Shown piece after piece: positions 61,601-64,000 of a DNA stretch of 64,000 bases (within the stretch, counting starts at the first letter, position 1; each line of letters starts with the position of its first letter). The translations under genes were made by a program, and so were the position numbers. Source of the stretch: Hyphochytrium catenoides (taxonomy: Eukaryota; Protista; Hyphochytriomycota); NCBI GenBank assembly GCA_900088475.1, contig FLMG01003587.1, positions 33,381 to 97,380 of the forward strand, in the 5' to 3' direction. Below the pieces are notes generated by a model, which saw nothing but the letters and a program-made list of their open reading frames with translations, had not been told where the DNA came from and did no database searches.

Positions 61601-64000
61601 AGAAGGAGAAAAGACTTGCATACGAGGTTTGGCCAGGTGAAGACAACCAAAAACAGTCTAGCGCTGGACCACAATCTTAAGGCTCTTACTCTCAGCACCT
61701 ACCATAGAAAACATCATTTTTGGCTAGAGCGACAAACTTCCTGACATTTGTCGCGGAAAGCACCTTTACGAGTTGGCCTGCCGCCATAGCGCGCAACTCT
61801 TTCAGGTTCAATGAAGGACCGCGTTTCTACGCAACAATAAAGAGGCAGGGATTAGCACACTAGACAACTGATTCAAGGTATGACTTTCTGAAAGCACTTC
61901 AGGTTTTTGTACAGGCACATTCGCCGATCCACAACAGGCCAAGATTTTCATTACCAGTTCTTGGAAAGTTAGACAACCAGTTAGCTGCTTATAATCTAGA
62001 TGTGCCGAGGTAGTACCGTCACCGGAGATTGGGGAAGTAGGGAGAAATTCAACGGCTTGGAGAACTTCTAAGGCCTTGCGATGCTTCTTCAACTGTCTCC
62101 CGCTCTCTGCATCAAGAATGAGCCTGGAGCGGGAAGGGGCCCCACCCTCTAGCTGCTTCTTAGCGGCTTCAATAGTAAGATGGCAGACAAAAGCCAAGGG
62201 ACCCAGCTGCGTTCCACTATCCAACATATGATAACATTTAGTGATCCACAAGACACTCGATGCCGGTCGGTCATGTGGGTACATCAAGCAGGATGAAATG
62301 GAAGAAAGGCGCTATAGATGGAAGGATGGGAAAGAGAAAAGCCGTAGAAGTTGTTCTTGATAGATAAACAGGAAAGGGTAGCCTTTGGCACTCAAACACA
62401 GCAAACGCAAGATGGACCCAGACTTCAAAGGAGCGAGAGGCAAACTCGATTGTAGAGGTAAAAGCATGAAAAGTGGGAAGTCGAATAGGCCCCGTAATAG
62501 GAAACTTACTCTATAGCATCAAAGATCCTGTCCTCTAGAAAATTCACCAACTCTACTGGTTTTGAGATCAAACACGTCATTAATCCGGCCTCGTCATAGG
62601 CTTGCTGCAGCTCCGTTGACGAGGGTGGCAGTCTCTGCGAACACAAGCGCGCAAAGGTGAAGAGCGGCAGGGAAACGCAATTTACATGGCCGAGAGATCC
62701 AAAGGCAACGGTGGAAGTTACGCTCCATCAAAGCGACATGGACGAAGAGGCAGTTCAAGGCTACCTTATGGTCCTCGCGAAGAAGGTGATGCTCTAGTCC
62801 AATCAATACGATCTCCCACTCATCCGCTCCATACTCAGCTGCTAGCTCTCGAGCACTGTCCAGTGGTAAGGCAACAAGAGCTGGTGAGGCGCGCTACCTG
62901 TTACTTCGGCTTCTAGATAGTTCTCCAAAAGAAGCTCACTTCTGGGATACTGTTCTGATTTTTGATCATTTGCGATGACACCGGGGCTGCCTCGGCATTC
63001 TCGAAGCTTTCTTTCACCGAAACGCTAATTAATGTCGTACCTTCTGATTCTGCCGACGTCTCCAGACTCAGTGAAGCGAATTAACACCTCCCTCGTGTAA
63101 GTCGGATCCGATCCGAAGCGCGTTAAATCTATATCTTCAGCTAGGGCCTTTCAATTAGGTGAAAGAAAAAGTCAAGGATGAGAAGTCAGACAAAAACCAA
63201 ATAGAGGATTCTGTGACAAGTGCGAGTGGTAGAGTAAGCTATTTCAGTACGTAACCTGAATTTCCTGAGACTTCTTCGTCCCCTGCAGCACTTCAGCAAA
63301 TCGGAGTGCCTCACTCCAGAAAGCTCTGGAGTGCATAGCGGCAACCCTAGCTCTCTCGTACTCCTGCCGCACATTAAAATTATCCCAGCATGTCCAGATG
63401 GATGAGCCCTCTGTAAGGTGGAACAAGACAATCAGTGCCGAAAACCGAACCTTTGAATCTTTGTCTTCCGCGTCAATATTTTCAACGGGTGGCGGAGTCT
63501 TAGTGAGCAAGTCTGAGATTTCAGCTCTGCTAAGCGAGTAGAGAGCTAGGCGGTTCGCGATTGGTCTGGCGCTTGGGTCTCTGGCGATCTCTGCATTGTA
63601 TAGAGCCTCCAGACCAAAATATTGCAGAGCGCAATGTGCCGCCACCTCAGCCTGGGGGCGGAACACAACGTAAGGTACGAAGTAACAAGCAAACGAGCAA
63701 GAGCGCTTGAAATCGAAGGCACGACTTGCCACACCGTCAAGCAGAATGGACAATGAAATGGGCCGTGAGATTGGATCCGCCAATTCTTACAAACTTGAAA
63801 CGAGAAAGTAACCAGGGGACAGGACTATCATTACCCCGCCTAGCTGCCGAGCAGCCCTTTCTTCGAAGAGTGGGCCACAAAGCTCGTTGAACACTCTACT
63901 TGCTCGGCTCACTTCGCCGACGGCCAACAAATAGCAGACAGATAGAGAGGGCGAGAATGCAGGAGAATTTGGCCGGAGATGAAGCGCTGAAAGCTGTGTA
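58690..64000 (-). CDS. NBAS: NBAS/Sec39 (NRZ ER-tethering complex subunit), 3' part; 5' end lies outside the window
   Basis: Ordered segments recall the NBAS C-terminal half: IDLTRFGSDPTY, ARELAAEYGADEWEIVLIGLEH, KKHRKALEVL...LDYKQLT, VLSATNVRKFVALAKK, and terminal AQAAELVCGFLRVHPALSDYSGG. Many GT-AG introns, and an N run at 59148-59210. Confidence 0.8.

Noticed and set aside
1-64000. Prokaryotic-type systems (CRISPR, operons, defence islands), tRNA/rRNA genes, transposases and reverse transcriptases; also the many short antisense ORFs in the track
   Set aside because: No such motifs were seen. The DNA is spliced eukaryotic sequence, and the short ORFs are shadows of real exons.

Overview
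Gene-dense eukaryotic genomic DNA (about half GC by eye) with many short canonical GT-AG introns, mostly around 70-200 bp. It is probably from a protist; a stramenopile is my guess, not demonstrated. Recognisable genes: the 5' part of UGGT (-), a GANP/SAC3 protein with FG repeats (+), RBM48 (+), an EF-hand protein (-), two intronless ABHD6-like alpha/beta hydrolases (+), a probable CTC1 (+), a membrane-anchored UDP-sugar epimerase-type SDR (-), a SAP-domain protein (+) and the 3' part of NBAS/Sec39 (-). Unassigned genes: a ~10 kb helical-repeat gene with acidic WDxxF motifs and a CHAT/separase-like tail, a UIM-bearing protein, a basic coiled-coil protein, and two paralogous intronless multi-TM proteins, one of them frameshifted. 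I found no rRNA, tRNA, CRISPR array or clear transposon. I cannot demonstrate a novel system. The best leads are the mostly intronless duplicated hydrolase/TM block at 36.8-45.5 kb, the giant orphan gene and a strand-biased hairpin at 30.5 kb. Exon boundaries were read by eye and family calls rest on remembered motifs, with no database search.
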